Positions 27,290 through 40,324 of a DNA stretch of 64,000 nucleotides are shown here, in pieces. This stretch comes from Octopus sinensis (taxonomy: Eukaryota): NCBI RefSeq assembly GCF_006345805.1, contig NC_043004.1, positions 67,208,001-67,272,000 of the forward strand. Reading direction: 5' to 3'. The stretch's first letter is position 1. Each line of letters begins with the position of its first letter. Under the pieces are notes generated by a model. That model was not told where the DNA came from, searched no databases, and was given only the letters and a program-made list of their open reading frames with translations. The translations under genes were made by a program, and so were the position numbers.

Positions 27290-27750
27290 TAAGGAGTAGG
27301 AACAGGGGGGAAGGGTGAGCAGAGGAAAGAGAAAGATGTGGGGAGGAGGAGATGAAGAAGAAGCAAGAGAAGGAGAGATGGAAGAGGAGGAAAACTGGAG
27401 AGAGAGAATGAGGAGGAGCAGAATAAAAGAGGAAGAGTAGAATGATAATGAAGAGAAAGGAAGGAGGGTGATGAGAAGGAGAGTAGGATAGGAAGAGAGC
27501 AAGATGAAGAAGAAGAACCAGAAGTAGGAGAGAAGAGAAGAAGAAGAAGAAGAAGAAAAGAAGAGACAGAAGAAGGAAGAAGAAAGAAGAAGAGGATGAG
27601 GAGAATAGGAAGAAGAATAAGAAGAATAAGAAGAAGAAGAATAAGATAAGAATAAGGAGGAGAAGAAGAAGAAGAAGAAGAAGAGAAGAAGAAGAAGAAG
27701 AAGAAGAATAAGAAGGATGAGAAGGAGGAAGAAGGAAGAAGAAGAAGTAT
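27290..27750. repeat. Purine-rich (GAA/GGA)n tract
   Basis: About 460 nt, predominantly G/A on the plus strand. Confidence 0.9.
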
Positions 27751-28117
27751 GGTAACAAACTAATAGATTCAGAAGCATGCAGCATGAACGAATCAAGAAT
27801 CGCGAAAGATTACGTGTGAAATATAAACGAAAAACTAAATACGTCTAAATTTATTTACAACGAAAAAGAGATTAAACTGGCTTAAAAATATAAAAGATTA
27901 ATGGCACTCGGTATTATGCAATTATCTCTGCTAATTATTTGAACTATCTTGTTTAATCAAAATGGTCGCCTACCATTATATTTTATATTGTCTTCGAACG
28001 CAATCTAACATAGTGACATAATGACGTTAGCTAATCTGTGCGTATGCGTTTTTTCATCTTACGTATTCATTCCTACATATGCGCACATTGTTCTATATAT
28101 ATATATATACATACATA

Positions 28118-28164
<47 letters not shown>

Positions 28165-28439
28165 GTATGTATGTGTGTATATATCAATATATATATATGT
28201 AAATATACATATGATTATGCATATATATGTATGTATGCATATATATATATATGTATATTTGTATGTATATACACACAGACACATATATCTATATGTGTGT
28301 GTTTGTCTATGGATATATCAATATATATATATAAATACATATATATATATATATATATAATATATATTATAATATATAATATATATATATATATATATTA
28401 AAAATATAATATCCATATGCTTATGCATATATATGTATG

Positions 28440-28471
<32 letters not shown>

Positions 28472-29201
28472 CATACAAACATATATCTATATATGTTGTG
28501 AGCTTGTCTATGTATGTATGAAGTCACACCTTTGGCGATGGATTGCTAATACAATGTAATTTGTCACCAAACTGATCGTGTGCAATACATCAGAAATCCT
28601 AAAAACGTTTTAGAATATAATTGCCGGACACCCTATTATACGAAACAAATTCAAGAAATATTTGCGTCAATATCGCCATCTTCTCTTTTCTCTGCGTTCG
28701 TCTTACAAGTTTTAGTAACGTTTCCTTTTTTTCATCAGTATTCTTGTTTATATTTATGATTCTTGAATGCTCTTTTTTTTCTAATATACTATAGTAATTT
28801 TGTAATTTTATCAGGAAATCTAATTGCTATGAGATCTTATTCTTGTTCTTTTTATCTATTTTTGGCGGAGAAAATTTTATATCATTAATAAAGCAAATGC
28901 AATTCCTAATATATCAGCTACCTGACGCGTATATACATATGTATCTGTGTAGTAGTAGTGTATTTGTGTGTGTATGCATATGTACATATTCCATAGTTTT
29001 TTGCGTTGTTTCTACCAAAGAAGTAACGTTACATGTATGCTTCATTTCGACATCGAGCATTCCGTCAACATCCAAAATATCCATTACATCATCTAACGCC
29101 TTGTTTTCTTTAACTGGTTAAATAGGTGAGCCGGGGTAATTTTGCTGCTATTTCTAACAGTATTAAAAAATACTATATCGAAGATCTACTCTCTCTCTCT
29201 C

Positions 29202-29273
<72 letters not shown>

Positions 29274-29466
29274 GTCTCTGAGGTTTTTAACATAGGTACG
29301 TACTTAATATTGTTTGCTCTTGTTTTCTGTATTATTTAGGATTTAGGAACCCATTATGAAGGTTATTGGAGTTTTAATGATCACGCATTCTCAGAAATAT
29401 TACATATGTATATTTACATTATACAGTTTCTTTTCCTTCTTCTTAAGAAAGATCTTACATTTCATA

Positions 29467-30310
29467 CAGGGTGCGGTAAATAAACTGTCGTCTAAATTAC
29501 GCAAAAATGAAAATAACACTGACATCTCATTTTAACAGATATATTTGCCAAAATTACATAAAAATATCTTGAAATACTTAAGAGCAAATTGATTCTATAA
29601 AATCGCCATTGGCTTCAACCACGGCCTCCAGATGACTTCGGAATCTCCTGCAAATCTTCTGGGCGGTCACCTTGTTTAAGTTGGTGAATGCTGCCATAAT
29701 CCTTGCCTTCAGTTCATCTTTGGTGTTACAAGGAGTTTTGTTTCTCTCTCGCTCAACTGTGCCCCACACATAATAATTAAGACGGTTGCAGTCTGTGGGG
29801 TAAGGTGACCAGATGTTAGGAATGATGTGGTTGCAGAGATTGTCTGACAGCCATGACTGTGTTTTCCTGTTTGTGTTGTATTGTGCTGAGTCTTGTTGCC
29901 AGACGCAGAATGTTCTAGTAACCACTCTCTTGAAACAGAGCACTACTACCGACTTCAGGCACATGACACTGTCCGTGTCTTCGTGTGGGAAGATGTCAGG
30001 AGGCATAATGTTGCCATGACTTGTGATCACTCCAAACACCATGATGTTCACTGAATGATTGATTTTCACCACTCTTGTTATATGTTCTCAGATTGCACTC
30101 TCCTCAGATTGACACACAGTCACTCTGAAATATTCGTGTTGCAGCTTCCGTAGTGAATGTCAAACGGTACAGCATGTTATTGCCAAATTCCTCGAAGGAT
30201 GAATTGCGTCATAATGCTGTTTTTCTCACAGACTAACCCTACTGTAAGAAACTAAGCGCATGTGCCAAATTAAAAATATAAAATGGTAACAATTTACCCA
30301 TCGCTCCTTC
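29467..30310 (-). mobile_element. Internally deleted Tc1/mariner-superfamily element, probably DD37D/maT-like
   Basis: ORF 29578-30072 has VMVFGVI-like, WQQDSA and IWSPYPTDCNRLNYYVWG (WPP.SPD.NPLDY.VWG-like) motifs. TA|cagggtgcggtaaataaactgtc at the left end, degenerate counterpart at about 30288-30310 followed by TA. Confidence 0.85.
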
Positions 30311-31125
30311 TATGTCAAGTATTAACAACTGGTAAATAATCAATATCTTCTAAGTGAATTTCAGTTGTATTTAAAAGTACAATTTCATTAAACGCCAGGG
30401 TCTCAAAGGATCCTTTTTGATATTCTCTCCTGTTTAACATATAATCATATTGATTTCAAATATGCTGACTTCTACCGTGGAACAAATGGGCCCCGATTTT
30501 ATAGTATTAACATCCCTATTTCCTTGTTTTAAATAGTGCCACTGTTAGCCTGCCGCCGTTGGCAGTGCCTTATCGGCTTCTACATTGATGTATATAACGT
30601 ATATGACGTGTTGACTTTAGAGTGACGTATATTTATGAGAGTGTGGAAATCCTTATTGTGCTTGCATAAATTCTTTTTGTATGTTCTCGATATGAATTTG
30701 ATATTGATATGCAATGGTTATTTGTCTCTTGAAATAAGCCTGTATTTTTATTTATTTATTTATTTATTTTGCTTACTTTATGTTGTTTGCTTTATATTGG
30801 TAGATTATTGAATATTGTTTCCTCTCGTTCCATACTGTGATTACATGGTTTGGTATGTAAATGTAAAATGCACGAATTACTACCTGTGCTTTATAGCATA
30901 TACACTGGACAAGGGAGTTAACTGCAGAATATCGCCTTTTTATTTATATTCTGAGTTTATTTTTTTAATTTCTCAATTGATGCATATTTATGTGAATTAA
31001 GCTCTTAGAGTATAAGCTTTCAGAAGTCTGCTGTAAAATACCGATGATATCAAAGTGGTTAAATTACCTGCATTGCTATCGCTGATAAATTTCCTCCTCG
31101 TTTTTCTCTTTTTCTATCACATTAC

Positions 31126-31240
31126 CTTCTCATTTGACTGCTTATGGTGTTCGGATGTTTCATTGCTATAAGAGTTATAAACAACATCAGATTTTTGTCG
31201 CATATTGCATAAAGTCCACCATTTTCATCCACATCAATGT
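31126..31240 (-). CDS. Candidate exon, (D)IDVDENGGLYAICDKNLMLFITLIAMKHPNTISSQMR
   Basis: Acceptor gaattctctccag, donor AAG|GTAATG, inside an open frame of about 70 codons. No confident homology. Confidence 0.2.
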
Positions 31241-31604
31241 CTGGAGAGAATTCACTCGCAATTCTTTCAACTTTAATAACTGTACTTTGGTTTCTTCGTT
31301 GTAATTGAAGTGAACAGATTGACTGCGCGTGCGTTTAGAAATAAGAATAGAAAGATATTCGTATCAGGAAATCATTCTCTGAGATCCCATTGTAGCCACA
31401 TAGTTTTGCAGGGATCTTCACTGCAAGTCACCGCGGTTATTTTCTACTGTGGTTGAAAGCCCGAACAATTCCGTGCGAAGCTATTTGGTAGAGAGATATT
31501 GTATGGAAGCTCATCGGGTATACATATAATCCATGTGTGTTTCGTTTGTGTTTTTGCATGTGTGCGTGTACGTGTGTGTGCGTGTACGTGTGTTTCTACG
31601 TCTT

Positions 31605-31805
31605 TGTGCTTGTGTTTGCTACCCAACACCGTGCGACAAGCTGAATTCGTTTATTTGCAACCCCGTAGCTTAGCGGTTCTACAAAACTCTCTAATAGATA
31701 TTGTACCAGACTTCAGCCATAAAAACTGAAAGTGATTTGTTGGACTAGATTCTTCAAGGTAGTACCTGAACAGGACCAGAGTTCAATGACAGAAGAAAAA
31801 AGAGC
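31605..31805 (+). mobile_element. SINE family B, degraded 3' half
   Basis: ccccgtagcttagcggttctacaaaa matches the family B body. Confidence 0.5.
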
Positions 31806-32120
31806 AAATGATGAAAGATGAAAAAAAAAATTGCCTGTATAATGCATGCGGGCATACAAAGAAACATCTATAAACTTTTGAAGATACAGCGTATGATGTA
31901 AGAGAATAAGTTGTTAATGGTATTGTAATACACTTAAGAATATTTCGATAAGAAATGTGAACGAAAATGTTCTCAAGTTTTTAGATATTCAGAAAGAACA
32001 TATAAATATGTCAAATTCGGATAGTTATCGCCTAATAAAAATGGAAGTATCTATGTATATACTTGTGTAATTTTGCACGCGCGTGTGTATTTAGTATTTA
32101 TGTAAATGTATATATATATA

Positions 32121-32185
<65 letters not shown>

Positions 32186-32192
32186 TAGATAA

Positions 32193-32251
<59 letters not shown>

Positions 32252-32400
32252 TATAGATAGATATAGATATATATCATAGTGTGTGTGTGTGCGTTGTACG
32301 TGTTATGTGTATCTGTTTGTTTCCCGATGAGACAATCGGAAACGCGTATTAGCAATACATCAACGCAAATACTTGTACATAGATACACACACACACACAC

Positions 32401-32460
<60 letters not shown>

Positions 32461-32838
32461 GATACATACACAGACGCACGCACATACACAAACACTAACA
32501 TATAAATATACGCGCACAACATAAATATTATGTATAAGTATGTATACTCATTTCTGTATTATATTATTTCAGTGTTAGGAAAGTACATTGCTGGCTGCAA
32601 AATCTATATTTTATATGTTTACACTATTAATGTTTATACTTCACAAGTTACTACTAACGTAAAAGGTAGAGAGAGAGAGTGAAAGTGAGAGTGAGAGAGA
32701 GAGAGTCAGAGACAGAAAAAAGGTGGAGAGAAAGAGAAGTGTACCTCTATACAAATTGTGCGCTATATTATATAAATATATACATAATAAACCAGTATTG
32801 CTTATTTTGGCAATAAGTATTGCTTATAAGGTGTCAAG

Positions 32839-33160
32839 GTGGCAGAATCTTTAGCACGCCGGACAAAATGTCTTCTGAGTTCATATTCCACCGAGGTCGA
32901 CTTTGCTTTTCATGCCTTTCGGGGTCGATAACATACGTACCACTAAAGCACTGGGGTTGATGTAATCGATTTTGTCCTTCCACATAAATTGCTGACCATG
33001 TGCCAAATACTTCAAACCATTATCTAGCGGAATAAGGCGGCGGTCTGGTAAAATCCATACGACACCGGACAAAAGACTCCTCGGCATTTTGCCTGTTGTG
33101 AGCTCAAATCCCCGCGAGATTGATTTTATGTTATATCCTTTCTCGATCGATTAAGCAAAA
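32839..33160 (+). mobile_element. Two tandem degraded SINE family A copies (about 32839-33020 and 33037-33160)
   Basis: tggcagaatctttagcacgccggacaaaatg and aaggcggcggtctggtaaaatc heads. Confidence 0.7.
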
Positions 33161-34104
33161 CATTTCAGGCCTGGTGCATATATTAGGAATTGTTGATGAC
33201 TGTACTATTCTACGCACATTTTGTTTAAAACTGATTCATTGTTTTACGGCTGGATATTCCTTTCTACTCTATGCACAAAGTCTGAAATTCTTTTTGGACT
33301 GGGGCTAAGTCGATTAGATCGATCCCAATACGCATATGATGAAGTCCATTACAATAAAGAAAAGAAAAGTGTTTCCATGAATGATGTTTGCTGTTATGGA
33401 AGCCTTTGGTTTTTTCATCACATTTGCTAGATTCTCATACATGAAGGTACCGGCTTCGATACAATATTTCAAAAGAGTACGTAACATGGCCTTAAATGCC
33501 TAGGATAATTCTTTAGCCTTGAGATAATATTTGTTTGTGTTAATGAGCTGTGGAAGTGTTGATCTGACTTTACGGAAGCTTGTTTCATTCCCTCTTAAGA
33601 TATCTGAAATTATTATGCAATTTTATCCAGTCTTTTTTGTTTTACCGCAGATGTGATGCGATCAAACTTGCCCCGTACTCTTCCATGTTTCAGGAAGTAA
33701 CTTCCAGTTGAATGCTGAATCTACTTAATGAAACATGCCTATCACGGGTGAATTCAGGTCACTGTGCATCCTAGAAATTATAGAGGGCGCTGGATAAGCA
33801 GTAACATTTCGAACCACTGATATCGTCGTATTTATTTCCAGCTCATTATATTCTCGGTTCAATTCTCACCGAGGTTTTCGTAAAGAGTTATAGATTTGGA
33901 ATAGATAATTGCCATTTTATGAGTTATACTTTGCGCATAAGTTAGACTTTGTAATTAATACTATCATTTCAGCACAGGATGAATATGCTAAGCCTCCCTC
34001 TGAAGTATTTTCTTTTCTCTCTTCAGGAATGAGAGAATCAGGAGCAAGTCAAAAGCTGAAATCAATTTTCCGAAACAAACTTCTACGCAAATCAGCGATA
34101 TTTT

Positions 34105-34150
<46 letters not shown>

Positions 34151-34295
34151 GAGTAGGAGTAGTAGTAGTAGTAGTAGCAACATCTTAAATATTAGTAGTA
34201 GTAATAGTAGTAATTGTAATTTTAGTAGCAGTAGCATAAACAGTAGTAGTAGTAGTAGCAATTGTAATAGTAGTAGCAGCAGTATAAACAGTCAT

Positions 34296-34335
<40 letters not shown>
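34105..34335. repeat. (GTA)n microsatellite, interrupted
   Basis: Directly visible. Confidence 0.9.
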
Positions 34336-35067
34336 CCCTGCATATTGTATATTTTTTGAATGGATTCTGTTTACCCCTTAACTTTTTCTGGGAGTTTTGC
34401 AATTCCAGAGTTTCTAAATAACAATCTCAGATGATTTACTTTACACCGTTAATATAACTAACTATTACGATCATAAAAAAAATTCTTAACAAATTATAAT
34501 AGTAATACATGCAGAAATAATAAACCTAAGCGTTATGCTTCCTTTTTTCTTTTTAATTTCCCGGCATCTAATATGCAATTAATTGTGAACGACACATCGT
34601 TTTTGATGTGGCGATCATATAATGGAATACGTTACCATTATTACACAGATCAAAGTAAAAGGCTATTTATCATTTTAATTATGTTAGATTATTACAACCA
34701 AACACAAGACATTACTATCAAGATAAACGAAGAGTTAATATATGGACTCTTTTAAAAATCTACTGCTGCAAGACTTTTTCTGAAATAATTCTTCATTTTT
34801 CTGTATAAACGAAATTTCTTGAATATTTTTGGTTGGCGCAGATATTTATCATAAGACTGTTACTTACAAAAGCATGTGTAACCTTATGAAAATAGGATAC
34901 ATGCATGTATTAAAATGGTTTAATTGGGAATCCTTTTTATTCCTTGATGTAATCGAAGATGTAACTAAAGTAATTTGTGATATGGTTTCTCATTTAAATA
35001 ATACAAAATAAGTTTCAACAAAATTATTCAAAAGCTACAGTGTTATTTGTCTTTTATCTTTTACATG

Positions 35068-35240
35068 CTGCAGTTATTAAAATACGTCCAAGCTGGGGCA
35101 TCACCTTGCAGAATTTTAGTGAAACTTATATATATATATATATTAAGGCCTGTAACTTATTGAATAGTTTTCTTCTGCTGAACGGCTAAGTTACGGAAAT
35201 GTAAAGAGACTAACCCCGGATGTCAAGCAGCAGTGAAAAA
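35068..35240 (-). mobile_element. SINE family B, degraded 3' half
   Basis: ctgaacggctaagttacgg matches the reverse-complemented family B body. Confidence 0.5.
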
Positions 35241-35307
35241 CACACGCACAAACATGCACATACACACACATACACACACACGCACACACACAGACACACA
35301 GAGGGTC

Positions 35308-35921
35308 TCTTTCCTCTTCTTAATCATTTTTGCCCCTTGTGGATCATAGGGCCTCAACGGTTCTTTTCCCCTTTTTGCGGTCATTGGCGAGTTTCTTGGC
35401 TGCTTCCCATGTCAGGCCGGTGGTCCTCAGCTCGTCCAAAATGCTCCGCTTCCATGTCTGCTTTGGGCGTCCTCAATTCCTTTTCCCCTGCGGGTTCTAG
35501 TCAAGTTTTTGTCGTATCATATTTGAGGGTTCTTTCCGCAGTGTGTGTCCGATCCATCTCCATTTCCATCGTCTAATCTGACCATGTATAGGCTCCTGGT
35601 TGGCCCTTTCCCACAGGTCGGTGTTTGGCACTCTGTCGAATCACTTCAGATGGAGGATCTGCCGGAGACATTTGTTACTGAAGGTCTGGATCTTCTTGTA
35701 GTTGCTGCAGGTGGCTCTTCATGTTTCAGAACCATACAAAAGCACAGATTTTATGTTTGAACTAAATAAGCGGAGTTTGGTTCGAGTTGAGATGGCAGCG
35801 GACTTCTATGCGGGCCGAAGAATAGCGAAGGCTTGCCAAGCCTTCTTGCTTCTTGCCGTGATGTCCTCGTCTGATCCACCTAATTTGCTGGTGTTGCTGC
35901 CAAAATAAACAAATTCCTCTT
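35308..35921 (-). mobile_element. RTE-clade LINE 3' fragment (end of RT and C-terminal region), decayed
   Basis: EEFVYFGS...GGSDEDITAR..KAWQAF; TRTKLRLFSSNIKSVLLYGSETW; NKCLRQIL; RRWKWRWIGHTLRK; GRPKQTWKRS. Confidence 0.9.
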
Positions 35922-35927
35922 GTGTGT

Positions 35928-36100
35928 GGCCTTGACGTGGCGGGGAGGCTTGCGTACTCTTATGATCCCTAGAGCATGTGCCAGTGGTGCACGTGTTCCC
36001 TGGTACGTTTAACCTTGTTGGTTTGGTCGAAGAGGAGGAGTCACACTGAAGTATACATTTCGGCCCTCCAGATTCGGGGGTTGTGCTATAGGCTAACATC
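35928..36100 (+). mobile_element. RTE-type 5' UTR segment, opposite orientation to the adjacent RT fragment
   Basis: gccttgacgtggcggggaggcttgcgtac...tgatcc..agagc...ggccctccag...gggggttgtgc...ggctaaca resembles RTE/Expander-type 5' UTRs (recalled pattern, not searched). Confidence 0.55.
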
Positions 36101-36142
36101 GTATACACAAAAACAAACACCCGTTACAGACACCAACACACA

Positions 36143-36217
36143 CAGGGTGCGGTGACTATTTTGTTGTCTGACTGACGCGAAAAGGAAAATGACACTGACA
36201 TCTCATTTTAACAGCTA
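36143..36217. mobile_element. Terminal fragment of the family at 29467
   Basis: cagggtgcggt...aaaatgacactgacatctcattttaacag matches 29467-29540. Confidence 0.8.
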
Positions 36218-36219
36218 TA

Positions 36220-36730
36220 TGAGGTCTGATCAATAATTATCCGGTCTGTCACCATAGTAAAGAAATTTAAAGCATACATATTGAAGCTCCTTGGCACAAA
36301 TTGACCTTAAACTCTGCTGTACATGCACCCAACGTTTCCGCGTTCTAGCTCACTTCCGCTGTTTACAGCAGTACTTGGAAGAATCGTATATAGTGTGATC
36401 ATCGCATTCACCAAGACACACAAAGTTGTCATGGCAATATATTCTCTGAGGGCTAAACAAAGTTTCATAAATCGTATGGAGCGGAGTGTATGAGCAGCGT
36501 ACAAGTGTACGAGTGTTTCGGATGGCCGAAAAATGTTCAAGTTGATGAACGTACTGGGAGACACACAAACCACAGAACTGACGTAAACATCACAGGTATG
36601 CGTGCAGCTGTGAGGGGAAAACGTTGAATCACCATCCGTGAGTTATAAGAAGATGTGAAGATTAGTTACGGTTCCGTTCAGTCCATTATCACTGAGGATT
36701 CTAGCGATGAAATCAGAATTGATGCCAAAA
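36220..36730 (+). mobile_element. mariner 5' fragment (terminal repeat plus N-terminal HTH region)
   Basis: TA|tgaggtctgatcaataattatccgg end. Translation YGAECMSSVQVYE...DERTGR...R*ITIREL*EDVKISYGSVQSIITED matches the mariner N-terminus. Confidence 0.8.
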
Positions 36731-37047
36731 GACAATATTTATATCATATTGAATGTAGATTGTAACACTAAATATTGAGGTTTTCGACTTGAGGGATTTA
36801 CTCGTATTGACCTGCAGTGCTAAGAAGGCAGCTATTTATCGTCCGAAAATGCGAACCGTCTAGCAACAGAGTCGGAAATTCCAAATAAAGTGTTTTTAGC
36901 ATGCCGTCCACTTGTCGCCTACAGGACAATACTCGCTATCAACAAGAGATAGTATAACAATGAATTTTCAGACACTGGAGTCACATTTAGCTTCCGGAAA
37001 ACTACTATTTTTGAATAACTGACATACCTACATACCTACATATATAT

Positions 37048-37080
<33 letters not shown>

Positions 37081-37185
37081 CAAATGTGAGGATAAAATTC
37101 TTTTCGAAAAAAAAATATTTTCTCGAAAAATTTTTATCAATGGCCAGCATATTAAAAAATACCTTTAACGGTTAAATTTATAAAG

Positions 37186-37625
37186 AATTCATAAATGAGG
37201 GCAAAGGAAAAAATTTCTAATGGCAAATATGCCGAAAAAATGGACATATTGTCCATTAACCATATAAGTTTTTCACAATACGCACGTTACTCGAAAAAAG
37301 GTCGACAGAAATTTCTAAAAAATTCCATTATTACCATATCGGACCGATTTCAGAGTTAGCTACTAAGAGCCCTCTCTTCATCAGTGATACATGTGGCAAA
37401 AGAAATAAATGAGATACTTACTCATACCCATGTATCACTGATGAAGTGAGGGCTCTTAGTAGCTAAGTCCGATATGGTAATAATGGAATTTTTTAGAAAT
37501 TTCTGTCGACCTTTTTTCGAGTAGCGTGCGTATCGTGAAAAAATTATATGGTTAATGGACAATATCTCCAATTTTTCGGCATATTTGGCATTATAATTTT
37601 TTTCCGTTGCCCTCTTTTATGAATT
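37186..37625. repeat. Long imperfect inverted repeat, arms 208 and 197 nt, 35-nt spacer; probable Penelope-like inverted terminal repeats
   Basis: 37186-37393 versus 37429-37625: about 11 substitutions and one 11-nt indel by manual alignment; (TA)n tracts on both sides. Confidence 0.9.
37332..37389 (-). ncRNA. Minimal type I hammerhead ribozyme motif with intact core
   Basis: TATCA, CTGATGA, AGAG...CTCT, GAAA, TCGG-T-CCGA, TA, TGGTA. Helix I 5 bp (one G.U), helix II 4 bp, palindromic helix III. Predicted cleavage between 37337 and 37336. Confidence 0.75.
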
Positions 37626-37772
37626 GTATATATATATGTATATATATATATATATATATACATACATATATACATGCATGTGCGTGTATGTGTTTGTGTA
37701 TGTGTGTGCGCTCGTGTATATATATATATATATATACATACATGTATATATATATATATACATACATACATA

Positions 37773-37812
<40 letters not shown>

Positions 37813-39199
37813 CATACATACATACATACATACATACATACATACATACGTATATTAACACAAATACAGGCACATTTATATGCGTGTGTGTCTATGTATT
37901 TATATGCAACAAATTTCTCATGGAAGTAAGCCAAGTTCATTAATTCATTATATTTATGTTGTAGACATCTTGCTTCACATATTATTGATGTTTCGGGTAC
38001 TAGTATGCTTGGCATTCTATTTCAAGTGAAATTCTATTTCAGAAATGATGCAGGGTGTCTTAAATTACATTTCGTAATTCGAGGACGTGACATCATCCCA
38101 AAGCATTTGGAAACTATTATTTGAAATTCCAAATATTCATTTTCAATACCATCACTGTTCTTGTTTTGCCTCGATACACAAGTGCTTTTGCGAGTCGTTG
38201 GCCGTCATTTGCCGTCTAAGTAAATTGCTATATACTGCTTATTCTTCTTCCATTTTGTTCATATATTAGTTTGGACTCATAACGCGATGTAAAATTAATC
38301 GTTTTATGTTTTTCCATTATGTTAAGTACATCAGGTTAACAACTCAATAAACGTTGCCAGGAGAAATAACATGAAAAATAAATAGATTTGTTGAAGCGAT
38401 TATCTATAAATAGGTATTCATAAATGGCCGTTTTTGTGGAGACGTGGCTGCAAATATTAGGTATATCTCATCGTTAAAAAGTGATGGCGATTTCGGTCAC
38501 AATGAGAAAAATACTGTGGAAATATATTAAATCTTAAACGCATACTGGCCAGTACATTTTAAACGAAATTTGATGGAAGGTGTGTAAAAACGTTTTGAAC
38601 GACATGTTTATATTTGTCTGTGGATTCATTGCCATATTTATCAGTTTAATATTGAAAACACTGAAATGTAACCCTTCAGACAAAAGACCTTCATTGCCAA
38701 ACATTCATGCAACATATACGGTTTAGATAAAGCTTCGAATCATAACATCAACATGTCTGAGGCTTCTTCAGTATGGTAAAAAATGTTCAAGGCCCCAACC
38801 AGAGTAGGGCATTCACCTGCGCTGGAGTATCTTATTGTAACAATATTGCACATCTTATATAATATTATTAATGAGCATATAAGGTATCCAGATAACAGGA
38901 TCCTCAGCAGACCAGGCAAAATGCATAGCGGCATCTATAAAATCTGTATTCAAATTCTACCGTTGTCCATTTTTTGTATCTTCTGCGGATAGGTGAGGAT
39001 AAAACAGACGCACTGGGCCGATGTAATAGACTTATCCTCTCCACCTAAAATGTATAGCCTCCTGCCAAACTTTTAAACCTGCATTAATGAGCGTACTGTG
39101 TATTAAGCCAATTGTTTATAATCGGTGACACATTTTTTCATGCCTTAGAACACTTATGGGGAAATTATAACACTCAGCTTTATATTTCGATCTCTTTCT

Positions 39200-39232
<33 letters not shown>

Positions 39233-39424
39233 ATATATATATATATAATATATATATAAGTATATTATGTGCGCTTGTAATACGCGTGACATCTGGTAGA
39301 GACAAAGACACAATTTACTTCCGCCTTGTGAGAAAAATAGAGAGTTGAAAATAATACAGTATTTATTAGGCGGAAGATTTCTTTGTTCCTGAACATCTAA
39401 TACTAAACAAGACATAAATGCGAT

Positions 39425-39548
39425 GTCTGCTCGCAAGAAGGTTCGTTTCCAGCCGCTTGATTCCGGGTTCAGTCCCACTACATGACTACTTAGGCAAGTG
39501 TTTTCTAGCATTGGCTCGGCCTGGCAAGATGGAAACTGAAAGAAGCTC
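39425..39548 (+). mobile_element. SINE family B, degraded 5' half
   Basis: ttccgggttcagtcccac...ttaggcaagtg...ggaaactgaaagaagc. Confidence 0.7.
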
Positions 39549-39953
39549 ATTCTGTATGTACTTGTGTGTATATACATATATATATATATATATATAATAT
39601 ATATATATACATATATATACATATATATGTGTGATATATACATATATATGTGTGTGTGTGTATCATGATATATGTATATCCACATACCAAATTTTTAACA
39701 TTGAGCTGTATATGTATGTCAATAACCTTTAACCCCTACGCCTGACTACTGTAATTTTTCTGTGGATTTTTTTCATTGTTATTTGTGGTTTAACTGAGGG
39801 TTTTAACGCATCTTTCTAGCATGTAGGTGCCTTATGCGCCCTTATTATGAACATAACTTTTAGTTGTATAGCTATGTAGTGCTATTTAAGGCATGTAACC
39901 AAATATATTACTGTTGTTATTAAAAACTATTTATATTTACCGCAGATGATAAT

Positions 39954-40144
39954 CTTTTCAACTCTAGGCACAAAGCCCGAAATTTTGGGGCAGTCAATTC
40001 GATCTATTCCAGTACGCAACTAGTACGTAATTTATCGACCCCTAACTCGACCTCGGCGTAATTTGAACTCAGAACGTAAAGACAGACGATATGACGCTAA
40101 GCATTTCGCCCGGCTTGCTAACGTTTCTGCCAGCTCACCGACTG
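39954..40144 (-). mobile_element. SINE family A with exact 16-bp TSD
   Basis: taccgcagatgataat at 39938-39953 and 40145-40160. Confidence 0.9.
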
Positions 40145-40324
40145 TACCGCAGATGATAATAAAAATAACAACATCTATATAAATATTCACTTCTGAATAT
40201 TTATTCCTTATTACTAATCGTTGAGAGGAGGTTGATGTGGCGTTGTCTGAATGCTCTTATTATTATGATTATTGTTAGTACCACTATTATTGTTGTTATA
40301 ATAACTTAAATAGTTAGATTGGGT

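Noticed and set aside
33651-33696. Plus-strand exon candidate (CDAIKLAPYSSMFQE)
   Set aside because: Strong acceptor but moderate donor, no recognisable homology and no partner exon.
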